DNA of 62,925 nucleotides, filler included, from Reticulomyxa filosa (lineage: Eukaryota; Protista; Foraminifera), in NCBI GenBank assembly GCA_000512085.1. It is 18 parts of 18 records of this genome, joined end to end, with 100 filler letters (N's around TTAATTAATTAA, not from the genome) between each part and the next. Parts side by side here need not be neighbours in the genome. Positions count along the whole stretch, not along the records: positions 24,227 to 36,782 come from ASPP01011508.1; positions 36,883 to 44,084 come from ASPP01011452.1; 16 more parts are not named here. One strand, written 5' to 3'. The position numbers were made by a program, and so were the translations under genes. The notes beneath the pieces are model-generated. The model saw only the letters and a list, made by a program, of their open reading frames with translations, was not told the DNA's origin and did no database searches. This document shows positions 25,988 through 39,030 of this stretch, piece by piece (within the stretch, counting starts at the first letter, position 1; the number at the start of each line of letters is the position of its first letter).

Positions 25988-27195
25988 ATGGCAACTTGTT
26001 CAACATCTTCACGTCCGATTCGAGGTGCTTTGATAGATCTGAACGGAACTCTTCATATAGGTTAGCCTAAACTATGAATCAAAATTAATCTGTAGCAGTT
26101 TACCGAGACACTTTTGACAAACAGGTGATACCCCAACAAAAGATGCAATAACCGCGTTAAAAAAGCTGCAAAAATCAGGAGTAGCCTGTTGCTTTTTGAC
26201 CAACAATTCCAAAGAATCAACGAAAAAATTGGTGTATAAACTCCAAAATGTCATAGGTTTTGACATTCATCCTTCCCAAGTAAAATAACAACAAACACGA
26301 AATTGCGTGAAAGCATTTTGTGCAAGTTTTTGCTTTGTTTTGATTAGTTTTTTAAATAAAAAAAGATAGTGTCCGCTTCATCAGCAACGCGTCGATTGAT
26401 AGAAACAGAGAAGTTGAGCAAACCCTTTTTGCTTATATCAGAAGAAGCAAAAGAAGAATTTGAACCTTATGTTGGAAGACAAGAGAAAATTTTAAGTGAA
26501 AATAATTTTGAGTGCAAGAGTATCGAGTTGGCGAATGAGTTTGATAGTGTAATTGTTGGTTTTTCGAAAAAGGATTTTTGTTTTGAAAAAATGAATTGGG
26601 CATTTCGAATTTTGCATTATAATAAAAATGCACAATTGTATGCAATTAATTTATCTCGTTATTTAAATGAAGAAAGTGAAAGTTCTCAAACCAAGGATAA
26701 ATCAACTTCTTTGAATAGTATTTCTGTTGGGGCATTTGTTAAAGCTTTGGAATTTTCGACTAATAAAAAAGCACACTTAATTGGAAAGCCGTCCAAAGTT
26801 TTTTTTCAGACTGGTACATTGCAACGGAACAAAATAAATTACATGTTGCATGCACATATATGTTATATTTTTTTGAACACATCATTCAATAAACAACAGA
26901 CACAAATACATGGAAGAAATGACAAAAAAACTTTTTTTTTAACAAAGGACTGAATATGATCAAATGTGAAATGAATGAAGCAGTGATGATCGGCGATGAT
27001 ATCAAAGATGACATCTGCGGAGCAATGCAATTTGGAATAAAGGGGATTCTCGTGAAGACTGGAAAGTATCGTCCCAATGACGAAAAAAGTTTGTTGGACA
27101 ATATTGCACCTCCTGATGCTGTTTGTGAAAATTTTGCAAGTAGTGTGGACTGGATTTTGGAATACAATGAAAGTTGTAAAAAAGCAAGACAATAA
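25988..27195 (+). CDS. HDHD2: HAD-superfamily subfamily IIA hydrolase (HDHD2/LHPP-like)
   Basis: Motif I LIDLNGTLH, FLTNNSKES, VGAFVKALE, LIGKPS, MIGDDIKDDICGA, LVKTGKYR; three introns. Confidence 0.88.
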
Positions 27196-27587
27196 AGTTT
27201 TTAAGAAACACATCCTTTTAAATTCTGTTTATTCATGTATTAATATGCTTATTTCTCCTGAAGAGAATATTGTATCAATTCTCTTTTCCAAAATGACCTC
27301 ATGGAAATTAGATCTTTAAAACAACTTGAAAAAAGTTTAAACAATCAAGTTTTCCTCTTAGATTAGATACTCAAGCGCTTCTGAAACTGACAATCTAAAT
27401 TGACAGATAGAAAGTATTTAGTAAACTCGACCGTAAATTGTCTGATGAGGATTGCCAATAAGCGAACATTTTTGAAAATTTCGTGAAAAAAGAAGAAATA
27501 AAAATTTTTTATTCGAATCGATTGCAAAAATGAAACTATTGTAGAGAAGCTCGAATAGTCGAAGTTTGCTTAAGGGAAAAACAAAGA

Positions 27588-28867
27588 TTAGTCTTTGACG
27601 GCATTGAGAAACATTTGCACGTATAAGAATCTACCCAAAGAAGTCATATGAATGCCGTTGGGATCGTCGGGTGGTATGCAAGGATGCCTACCATTGGTGG
27701 CAGGGTTAAAAGTATGTTTGAAAAGGTCTAAAAAGGTCCAATGATACGTGGAAGTAATAGTGTTTCGCAAATACTCATTAATAAAATTTCTTTGTTCGCG
27801 ATTCTTGACCACAGGATCCCGATAGCTGCACAAATCCTTGGCAATAGGAGAGCGAATGACTATATCAACTTTGACATTGCCATGGAACAAAAGCGATATT
27901 GAACGTTTTAATTGTTGAAGAGGATTCCAAATTTGCTTTTCGAGTAATTCGTATGTGTAATTGGTGTCCAAGACCCTCGTGTGTTCATATTGACTATACA
28001 AACTTGCATTTATTTTTCTGTGTCTGTAACGGCACATATAATCAAGTTTGGCATGTGTGTAATGATAAGGATGAAATTCCCACACATCAAAATCGGAGAC
28101 CTGAATACCAGTGGAAATTACTATTCTACGAATTTTGAAGTTATTGACCAAGTCTTCCCAATCGGTCTGTTCAGCGAGTCCTCGATATCTATTTCAAAAA
28201 CATTTCAATTGCACTATATTTTAAAAAAAAAAATTTTAAATAAGAAGCATACATGCATAGGTACAAATGCGTACATGCCTCAAACAAGGTGTTATTTCTT
28301 TTTCTAAAAACGACAATATCTCTTCCGTTTGTTGACGTGCGTAATTGTGAGGAGGAAATGCTTGAAGTGGTCTTGAATCAATTGCGACAAATTTTTATTG
28401 ATAAATCTGGCAATTTCTTGGGCATGCATTTGTCGGTAATCCTGCACTAAAAAATATGATATCTTATTTGTTTCCGGATGTTTCGTGCCAAACAAACATA
28501 GAGAGTCTACCCGATTATCATAAAAATTTTTGGTTTTGTTCTTAAATATGTATTCCAACAATGCAAACTTCAATTGGCGGTCCACCGAGTTTCCAAGAGA
28601 TAAAATCAGTGTATTATTCAATATGTCAAGCGCTTGGGAAGGAGATATCAGCTTATCTCTCTGTGGCTGTGTAAACCTCCAACTGCATTCATTTTTTGCA
28701 CTTTCATTTATCCATTCGATTTCTATCGTACGCCTCTCTGTAAACGTTGAATTTTGCTCTATTATCTTGAATATTATAGAAGCAGGTAGTCTCTCAAACA
28801 ACCAAAATATGAAACCACATGCAAAAATACCCAATAATATCAGAACGAGACTTACCTTCACTGACAT
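27588..28867 (-). CDS. Type II membrane SGNH / PC-esterase-like protein
   Basis: N-terminal TM anchor, ILSLGNSVDRQL (GDS-block equivalent), C-terminal FLDLF...NGIH (DxxH equivalent); one intron at about 28193-28320. Confidence 0.6.
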
Positions 28868-29129
28868 TTTTTTTTTTTTGGAATGAGGCCTATCCCCTTC
28901 GGGCGAATCTCAAGAAAGTGTTTCACCACAAGGCTGTTGATATACAAAATAAAGATCATAAAGACTGGTTTGAAGGCATTTTGATTTCATATTTTCACTT
29001 TAATATTTTGCTTACAAATGAATATTAATGCCCACGGAAAATAAAATTTTGTTCATCACAAGAAATCCCGTCAATATTGAAAACTATTACTTTTTTACAA
29101 AGGAGAAAAAAGGAGAGAGAAGACAAAAA

Positions 29130-29948
29130 TTACGATTCAATTTTTTTGCGTTCCAGTCGCTGTGTCCTTGCACGTTCTTGATTGCGCCATAATACTTTTT
29201 CTAAGCGGTCCCTTTCTTGGAAATGGCGAAACCGAAATTCAAATTTGACAATGTTATGGTTCGTTTCCAAGGCTTGGCATAAAGTGTTGCAAACATTGGT
29301 GGAAATGTCTTTGCGATTATTTTGTAGCTTGACAACTTTAAGCTTTTCAAATTTTCTGATTAATTCGCACAAGTGCAAAATCCCGGCATCGCCAATGGGA
29401 TTGCTTGGCAGCCATAATTCACAAATGTTGACATCCGATGTGTTATTGGATTTTGCATCGTCCGAGGTTAAAATGCTTTCGACGATGCACTGTAAAAAGA
29501 AATCGTCGACTCCGCAATTGGCCATTTGTACTTGCGTGAGCGTGGGAACAGAAACCAAGACTTTGGCGATGACCCTCTGCAACAGCTGTCGATTTTCATC
29601 GGTCAAGAGTAAAAAGATATTGGTGTTATTCATGTTGAACAAATCCCAATCCCAGTTTTGGTTGTGTGAACCGGTTGTCGATGCAGTTCTCGGTGCGTCC
29701 ATATCCTTTTCATCACCACTAAGTAGCTCTTTGAACATGCGTTTGCCTCTCGTTTTTTTGCGACGATGGCGTCTACGAGATGCCATTATCGGTGATGCCC
29801 GATCGGACTTGAAGTAATTTGCCACGTGTATCTTTTGCATATTCATGTCATTGTCATGATCTTCATTTTCATCGTTATATTCATACTCATCATCATATTC
29901 ATACTCGTCATTATATTCATACTCATCATTATATTCATCTTCTTCATT

Positions 29949-29999
<51 letters not shown>

Positions 30000-30516
30000 G
30001 TCATCATCGTCATCATCATCTTCTTCATCAATGTCAATGTCATCAATGTCCCACGAAAAATGATTGCTATCCTGATGTATACGTTGCAACGAAGTGGCGT
30101 CCAATCTTGCACTGCTAGCGTATACATGGGTCTGCATAATGCGCTGCGGCCTGAAAAAGATTTGCTGGGATGGTGTCTTCCTTTTGATTTCGATTTCGGT
30201 GAGTCTCCCGTGGATTGACTGCGACTTGGACTGCGCCTTGTGGTGCTTCAGGTTGAACTCGTCCTCGAAATCCAAATAGCTCCACTCGCTCAGTATCTCC
30301 GTTTCCGAGGGAATGATCTCCAACACAAGCGACAGCGATCTCGACTGGTGAGAACGCATTTCGTTTTCCATCATCTCTGGCTCGTCGACGTTTGCCAACA
30401 GAGGGCCATTTGAATCTAAGTTTAATGGGATTATTTTTTCATTGTCATCGTTGCTGTTATTTTCATTTTCCTTCTTTTTATCATTATTATTATCATTATT
30501 ATTATTATTATTATCA

Positions 30517-30547
<31 letters not shown>

Positions 30548-32874
30548 TATTATTACTACTATTATTATTTGTATTTGCTTTTGTTGCTTTTTTATTGACT
30601 TGATTTTTAGCCGATTGACTCGGACTTGATATTTTGACGGAGTGAAGTACCATTTTCGGTTTTTTGGTGGTCGACTGTCCTTTTTCGTTTGCACTTGCAT
30701 TTGCACGTGTATTTGTATTTGTATTTGTATTTGTATTTGTATTGGCTTTTGACTCCTTTCTGTCCGTCATTTTCACATTCACACTTTTGCTACGAACTTT
30801 GTTTTGGATTGGAGACGACAGATCATTATTTGTATGTTGACTTTTGGCAAGTGTTTTCTTTGTGGCCGCCGCTGTCGAATGTTGTGTTGAACTGTTACTG
30901 CTGCCATGGCCACGAGCATGGGCATTGGAACTTTGTTTTGAGTGTTCCTTTTTGTTCGCAATGGACGTAGTGGACGTGGATGTCGAAGTTGACGTGGACG
31001 TAGACGTAGACGTCGACGAAGTTGGAGGTGCCTTCAGTCGGTGCAATATCTTATTGCTGCTCTTGCTCCTGCCAACGTTTTTCATTTGCGTTTTTTTGGG
31101 CAATGGTGGTTGGCGTACATTTGAGTCCCTGCGACTTGGAGGTTTACTGGTCGAGGCATTGGCGACCGATGAAGAGCGAGATGAGCGGTCTGCATAATCG
31201 TCGTGTTTGGGAAGATCTTGTGTGGTCACTTTTGCTGGTATCATTGTTGTCGTCCTTGTTGTTGCATCACTGATCTGCAAAGTAGAATTGGGAGAGACTG
31301 TAGTGTCACTCGTTTGATGCAGTGTTTCCTCCGTCGATGATGGCGTGTGTTGCACGACGGTAATGTTTTCACGTGTTTGTTCAGTCACTTGTTGAACGGC
31401 TTGCTCAGCAAAAGCAAGGGGTTGCGTCGCAGTCAAGTGTGATATATTGACGTCCGAGTCGCTCGGAGACATGCGCTTCCCCTCTTCCACCGAGCCGAAG
31501 AGAGTCGGCGGAGGGAGCGACTCCAAACTTTTCGCTTTGATTTTTTTCGGGTCGCTTTGTCGTTGCTTTTTTTTGACATTGGCTTTGGCCACGTGCCAAG
31601 GGTCGTCACAAAGATACTGCAAAAAGCCAAGTTCTCTGACAATCTCCACCGCATTTGCCAAGGCAAACTCAGGATCTTGAAGTAATTGAGTCAGTCTCAA
31701 TTTCTTACAAGTAGGTTTTATTATGTATACGTATTGGTCCATTTTTGTTTGTTTGTTTGTTTAATGTATATTATATGTCTCTGTCTCTCTGTCTCTTTCG
31801 ACAAAAAAAAAAAAAAAAAAAAAAATATAATTACCTAACATGGTCAGACACACTGTCATTTTCCAAAGTGATGTCCGCACCGGAATCATTGGACGCATTG
31901 GGAGCATTGGGATGCTTGGCAAAATTGGACAAATATCCGATCCCTTGTGACACCTTTTGTTTATGCTTTTGGATTCTTTGCTTAAAGTTGTCAATGGCAC
32001 TTCGCTTCGTTTGGGGATCGAGTTTCACGGCGTGGAAACCTCGCTTGGTTTTGAGCTGCTTAACGTGACGCTGCGACTTCTCTGCTTGCTGCTTCAGCGA
32101 GTCTTGGAAGCCTCGCAGCTTCGCCTTGAAGCCGCCGTTGCGCTGCAGCAGACCCTCCAGCTCCTCTGCTCGCATGCTTCGCGACCGGTGTAAAGTGGCC
32201 GTGGCCGTGGCCGTGACTGTGACCGACACCTGCGGCGACATCCACGAGTCGTCGCGCAGAAGCGCCTTGCCGCCGCCGCCGCCGCCGCTGCGGCTGCGGG
32301 TGTGGTTCGCCGAGTTGAAATTCGGGTTCGCTTTCCATTTCGACTTCCTGTCCACGTCGACTTCCACGACCATTCGTTTGCTTTCAAGCGATGACAATAA
32401 ACAATTCTGACTTGCACTACGTACAATCGATGTCTTTCGATTATTATCTGCTTTGTTCATTTGTCGAGTGTTATTGTTATTATTATTATTTTTATTATTA
32501 TTATTATTGTTTTTATTTCCATTTTTATTGCTCTTGCTCTTGTCTCTTTCATCGGCTTCATGCTGATTCACATCTGTCGTATCAGGGTCACCCACTTTCG
32601 ATTTAGACACTTTGGCCAACTGTTGCAACCTGTCAATTGAATTCATTCGACGTCGACGAGTCCTCGCAATCTTCAAATTGCTTTCGCTCATTTGCTTCAG
32701 CAACGTCTCTTTGTTCGAGGAAACCACGCCCACGTTGTTCGCTTTGCTAAACGACTTTTGTCCCTGCTCGCGTTTTTTGTTCTCTCTGCGCTCAGGCTCG
32801 TCATCTCCTTCTTCTTCTTCTTCTTCTTCTTTTTCGTCGTCATTGTAAGCATCATCATAATCATCATCACTTTC

Positions 32875-32906
<32 letters not shown>

Positions 32907-33776
32907 CTTTATTATCTTTGGCAGACTTTTGCTTGTGGTGAAATGAACCCGTTTCTTTGTCGTTTGCGTTTTCCCACAAATGTGTATACGTCTTTACACT
33001 TTTTTGCTTTTTCAATTGTTCCAACGAGGTTTGTCGAGGAACTTTGGACGGTGGCACCTCTTCGTCCTTCTTCTTTTTTTTGTTTTCTTTTCCTTCTTCT
33101 CTTTCTCCTCTTTCTCCTCGTCTTCGTTTAGAGACTTAAAGCTGTGGACAGCCTCATGAGTGACCGCAGGGTCACTTTGCACTCGAGCCTCTGGCGTTTT
33201 GACCAACTCGTGAAACGAAGTCAAAGTTGACATCGACGTCGACGTCGACGTCGACGTCAATTGAGCAGCATGGTGTTGCAATTGCAACTCGTCCGTCTTT
33301 GACGATGGCGCCTCGCTCGTTGAAGAGACTGGGTTATCTTGCGTCGTGGATTGTTGTTGCTCTTTCAAAGAGTTTGCATTTGGGTGTGATGTTTCTTCTT
33401 TTTCTGTTTCTGTTTCTTTTTCTATTTCTTTTTCTATTTCTTCTTCTTCTTCTTTTTCTGGCTGTTCTTGTTCCGAGGATGTGGGACTCACAAAGTATTG
33501 GGAGTCGAGACGCATAACAGTCTCGTCGCGCAACGTCGTCGCTTTTTCGTCGTCCGGAGACAATGGCGTCGACAATGATACCTTTGCGTTTGGAGATATG
33601 TTGGAAAGTCTATAAATCGAAAGAGGACTAGTCACCCTGTTTATCAATGTCGCAGTATATCTTGCACTGCCGTGGGGACTCAATTCCAATGTCATCGCTT
33701 TGGCGCGGTTGCGATTTACACGAGCCTCGTCTTCTTTGTCATCCATCACATATTCATTTGCAATTGGAACCAATGA

Positions 33777-33821
<45 letters not shown>

Positions 33822-34637
33822 GTCATTGTTATGATTGCTATTCATGCTGTTATTGCTATTGTTACGACTCAACAACACCACCGAACTGATTGAACTCTTA
33901 ATGATGGGAGAAACGTCTGGCGTTTGGTGAAATGACATTGCTCTGGTCGGCGTGGCTGGGGTGCTGCTCGACACGATATTCAATTGCACGACCGCCTTGT
34001 CTTTCGAAGCGTGCGCAGAGTCTGTGAGATTGTAATGCGTCTCAGGACGCAACATGCGTGTCGACTCGGGTCTTATTTTATTTGGCAAATGCATGCCATT
34101 CTTTTCATTGTTTTTTTTTTGTTGCAATTTGTCATTATTTTTATTATTACTGTTATTATTATTATTATTATTATTAGTATTGCTATTGCCATTTTCGGAC
34201 GTATTTTTTTTTTTCGTCTTTTCGTTTATTTCTTTGTTCACTATTCTCAATGGAGTTGTCACTGATGTCGTCCTTGGCTTCCCTACACTTTTTATCTCAT
34301 GTCTTCTCCTTTGATCCGATTGACGTATCTCGTTACTTATTCCCTTCTTTTGCCCCTTCGCTTTTTCGTTCTTGTCGCTGGCTTTCTTGCGCCCTCGACG
34401 CACTGTTCTTGACTCTTGTGCTGTTCTTGATGTTATGTGCACTGTGTTGCTTCGCTCGCGCGCGTTCTTTACACTCGCTTTGTCTTTTGCTTTTTTTGTC
34501 TCTTCTTTCCCTCCTACGTCATCTTTCCTTTCTCTTGTTTGCGCTTTCGAAGATACTACAGAAAAGGAAGACTGGGAGTGAGAATTCGACAATGTTGCTG
34601 ATGCTTTCTTTACAACATGTCCAGAACGTCCCCTCAT
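29130..34637 (-). CDS. Very large low-complexity protein with C-terminal tropomodulin/leiomodin-type LRR domain
   Basis: The C-terminus LWLPSNPIGDAGILHL..KLQNNRKDISTNV..ALETNHNIVKFEFRF..RLEKVLWRNQERAR parallels the Tmod LRR-cap (LNVESNFI.GAGI..KIDNQ..LEKNATLLKFGYHF..NNDLVRKRR). Three long ORFs are linked by a frameshift near 33090 and an intron at about 31743-31835. Confidence 0.75.
29872..30020 (-). repeat. Coding repeats: poly-Asp (GAT)n and an 18-bp (DEYEYN)-type tandem repeat
   Basis: The translation shows about 24 consecutive Asp residues followed by EYNDEYEYNDEYEYDDEYEYND. Confidence 0.85.
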
Positions 34638-36904
34638 GCTGATATCACTCGCATAAAACCTATATGGCTTTGTGTCCAATGATTTTTTTTTTTCTAAAAA
34701 GGGGCTGTCAGAAAAAACGCAAAGTTGCACTTCGGTCCAAAACGACAGTTTGTCCAGTCAATCTAGTCAACAACAAGTTTGTAAATAGTCCATAACATTC
34801 ATATAATAATTGCTGTAGTGTCATTTGTTTTTCATCATATGACAATGACATCAGTTTTTGGGATTACAAAGATAGTCAACAGATCGTACTCAATTAACAC
34901 ACTGGCACTGTTTATGGCATTGTTTTCTTATCACTTAATGGTGATCGATATTTGTGTATTAGATAATATGAAACATTTGCATTGAATTTTAGATACTATC
35001 CAATTTTAACAATTAACAACTAATTTCAGTCTAGATTTGTCATTCAGCAACATTTTTTTACCAGAATTTCACCAAACGATAGAGAAAATTTTGTTACATC
35101 GTCCTGTGTTTGGACGTTTCAATTTTCTTTTTTCTTTTTAAACTTTGAAATTAGTGGTCTTTTTTGGTACCTTTTTTTTGATATTGCTTGACAATCATTT
35201 TTCAAATTTGAAAAAACTATTTATCGAAAACGATTTTTGTAAGGTGCATTGAAAAAAATAAAAAAAGAAGACAAAGGCAAAAAGAAATAGTTTGTTTTTT
35301 TTCTTTGCTTTTTGCTTAAACAAAAAAATTTTAAATAAATCGCGTTGAAATTTTCAAAAGATTATTTAAGTGTAACGTGGTCGTTATAATTCAAAATTTT
35401 TTTAATAATTAGTTTTTTATCGAGTTTTATTCGATTTTTTGCTTCATTTGCTTTATATTATTTAAAATTGCACTGTAGGACAAGCCCTTATCACGCATGG
35501 CTGAACGCTTATGGAACTGAGGAGCTCCCTTTGGGTTAAACCTCATCAACAAACTACCTCTTACTTATTTGCTTTCTTTACTTTCTTTTGTCCTTTGATT
35601 TATTCTTTAATTTACTTTTGTTTACTGAAAGTCACTCTCATTTCGAGTAACACTCTTTCGTATTACATTTAGTGAAGCTCTTCACCGTAGACTCCCCACA
35701 GCACTTTTTTTGTTTTCTTTTCTGAATAATTAGAAGTGTTATGCACATATTTTACGAAAGATTCTATTCCCAGTTATTGCTCAACAAATTCATAATTCGA
35801 AAGTTGTTTTTTCATCGGTTTTTTATTGGACTTGATTTGTAACCGCAACACTTATGAGACTTTCACTAACTGTGAGAATGTATTCCAACTAACATTATCG
35901 ACTGCGATTGTTTAATCTTAGCATGCAATCTGGTGTGACTAATGTTTGTGTAGTTGTACGAACTCGTTGAAACTTATTATAAGACAAAAAAATAGTATTA
36001 AATATATGTTTGCGAACCTTTGGTCGTCATTCTGGCAGTACCAGTTACACAGGTACATAGATTTAAAAGTGATCCATTGAATCGAAACGTATTGAAAGCT
36101 GCATACGTATTTCTAACAGTAAATTGTATGATGACTTGACAGTATTGTTATGTTTGAAAATTAATCAAATTCCAAGCTTTTTTATACCATTTATATGTCG
36201 GATTTTGGCCAGTCATCAAAAATACAGAAGGAACATTTATTTTTGGACTTGAGTTTGTAAAGAGTGCATCATTATGTTGCAATCTAGTATTACTATTGAG
36301 TGAGCGTGTGATAGGTGTAACAATAGAATTGGATTCGAAAGATGAAACGATTGAACAAAAAACAAAACTGATTGAAAGGAATCCCAATCCGGTGATCCTG
36401 ACTTTCACTTACATGGTCTCTTTGCCGTCAAAAATAAGAAGCTGCACGGGTGTTTGTAGTCAACCATCACATAGATGAAAGTTTGTGTCAAGTCCATTAG
36501 AGGATTTTGTAAATTTACTAACTATCAGTGTACTAGCAGTTGTTCTACATAGTAAAATATCGCTTATGTGTCCAATTAGTTCCAGTATGACGCTGGGTAA
36601 TGTTTTTTTGTTTTGGATTGGCCATTATTCTTATTGGTCAAAACAAGATGATGTAAATCAGAAATGGAATGTCATAAAATTTTTTAGAAAAACTATTAAA
36701 CCCTTACCTTTTTTTATAACTTGTACACATTACATAACCTTCAAAAAAGAAACGTCAATTTTTTTGTTTCGTAGAATTTCGTNNNNNNNNNNNNNNNNNN
36801 NNNNNNNNNNNNNNNNNNNNNNNNNNTTAATTAATTAANNNNNNNNNNNNNNNNNNNNNNNNNNNNNNNNNNNNNNNNNNNNTACATATATAAATAGATT
36901 TTGT

Positions 36905-37214
36905 TACATGTGCTTTGCAGCATCCATTCGAAAGCCATCGATGTCGGCATAAGCGATCCAAAACTTGTGCAGTTCGGTAAAGATCTGTTGGAAGCTGGCA
37001 TTTCTGGTGTCGTAATCAAACATTCCGGAGCTAAAGTCGCCAAAGACTGCTGTGGGGTCTTGGCTGGACATTTCCTGCTGCGTGTCCGTGCCACAGCGAG
37101 AAAAAAAGCCTTGCGTTTGCATAGGCGGGAACCAATGTTCGTCCATATTCAATGTACCTATACATATATATATATATATATAAATATATGTACATATATA
37201 TATGTACATATGCA

Positions 37215-37248
<34 letters not shown>

Positions 37249-38032
37249 CCTTGTAAAGGAGACTCGTCGGTGTAACCGGTGTCATACATCGCGTACAGAG
37301 CTTGGGCACAGCCGGTGTGGTCAGACGGGTATTGGGAATAGTTGCTGTATTGGTCGCAGAGATGGTTGACGACAATATCCAGGACCACGTAGATGCCGTA
37401 GCTGTGCGCTTTGGAAACCAACTGCTGCAACTCCTCGTCCGTCCCAAAGCCCGGGTCAACGATCGTCGGGTCGATGGTGCAGTATCCATGATAGCTCCCT
37501 GTGTGATACAACACTGGCGTTATCCACAGTGCAGTTATGCCCAAATCTGCCATATACGGTAATCTGTTATTAGTTTACCCCCCCCTTTTATTTGTTTCTG
37601 CCATTCTTTTTATGTATGCGTATACGTAATTTTTTTTTTTTTTTTTTTTTTTTTTTAAGTTAGAATGAACCTTTCCGTAATCCCTTGAATGTCCCCTCCA
37701 TGACGATAGTTCCAGAGATCATAGGGCGATGATGTGTGCTCGTACATCTGCTGCTCTGATGGCACATTGTAATTGTCGTTAGTCAAGTTCCCGTTGTTAA
37801 AACGGTCCACTTGGATCTCGTAGATTATTTGGTCCCCCCAAAACGGTGGCGATGGCCACCAACCTGAAGGCCCGTTTTCTTCTGCCCATTGCAAACGCGA
37901 ATCCGCCCAACTTAACACGCCGCTCACACCCACCTCGTTGATATTCGGAGGATTATCTGGAGGGGCACTCGCTCTCGCAATCCAAACAGCTCCTGCCCAT
38001 GCACCAAGTACACAAGCCAGATTTAGAAACAT
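36905..38032 (-). CDS. Secreted GH13 alpha-amylase family glycosidase, bacterial AmyAc_5-like (3' partial)
   Basis: Signal peptide; WPSPPFWGDQIIYEIQVDRF, RHGGDIQG, LGITALWITP, YHGY, VDPGFGT, VVLDIVVNH, WIAYADIDGFRMDAAKH (catalytic Asp); spliceosomal introns at about 37565-37668 and 37158-37249. Confidence 0.92.
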
Positions 38033-39030
38033 TATCAACTTTTTCCCCCCAACTTTTTTATTCAGTGTCTTTTCGATAATTTAAGGTTTTTTTTTTTAGT
38101 AAAGAATACAGTACCAAAAAAAAGCCATCATAAAAGATTTTTGATGAAAGAAATTGCACTAATCGAAGATTTAATTGCTCACATCTATAAAAATTGTTTT
38201 TATAGGTAACAAACGTCTACTGTGACCAGAGCGAGTTAACACAAAAGACCTAAAATTAATTCTTTATAGAAAAGCAAAAACAAGTTATTAGAAAGCTTTG
38301 AATTATTGCTTTTCAAAAGGAAGTAATTTTAGTTCAACACCTTGCAAACAAAAAAAAGTTGTAATTTTCACTATATTGTTGAATTTAAATATGTGTAAAA
38401 TTAACACCGCAGAGTTAATTAAATTTAGTTTTATAATGCAACTTCATCTCTCTTTTGACTACATTTTAATTTTCAATCACTAAGTACCACTATATTCTAG
38501 CGTCTCTTACAACAAAACAGTAAATTGAAGCAAGTAAATATCTGAAATTTAAGATCTAGATAATTAAAAACATAAAAACACAATATTTTCAACAGTTGTA
38601 CAATATATGTATATTCACTGTTAATGATTAATCGAAATTGCATGACATACGCTCAACTGGATACTCGCGTCAAATTTTTGATAGCAATTATCGATTTGAT
38701 TTATAGTTTTCTCAAATTCTACAACATCAAAAATTAACACGCCAAAAACTTATATAAAAAATGTTGACAGTAAGGTAGCGCATATGTGATTATATTGAAA
38801 ACTTCAGTTGATCATTTTATTCTCTCCCGTTTAATTTTCTTTGCTTTTTGACCAAATTTCGATAAAATAAATAGAACAGAGCAATCACTAGTATCATAGT
38901 TAAACAGTTAAAGTTTTTTGCCAAAGCAAAGACACTTGCGATCTGAAGGGTCAGCATAACGCAAATGTGGAGTAGTTTGCTGCAAAAAACACCGTCTCTA
39001 CCTTGAACGACAAAGATCCTTTCAGGAGAA

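Noticed and set aside
29819-30706. Poly-His, poly-Ile, poly-Met and poly-Tyr ORFs
   Set aside because: These are alternative-frame or antisense translations of (GAT)n and (AAT)n tracts in the real minus-strand gene.
35476-35560. Hammerhead ribozyme suggested by CTGAGGAG-stem-AAAC
   Set aside because: The conserved GAAA is TAAA here, and no stem III or NUH cleavage site can be formed.
35800-36782. ORFs at 36148-36408, 36296-36478 and 36485-36838 as a gene
   Set aside because: Short, overlapping on opposite strands, with no motif or consistent splice model.
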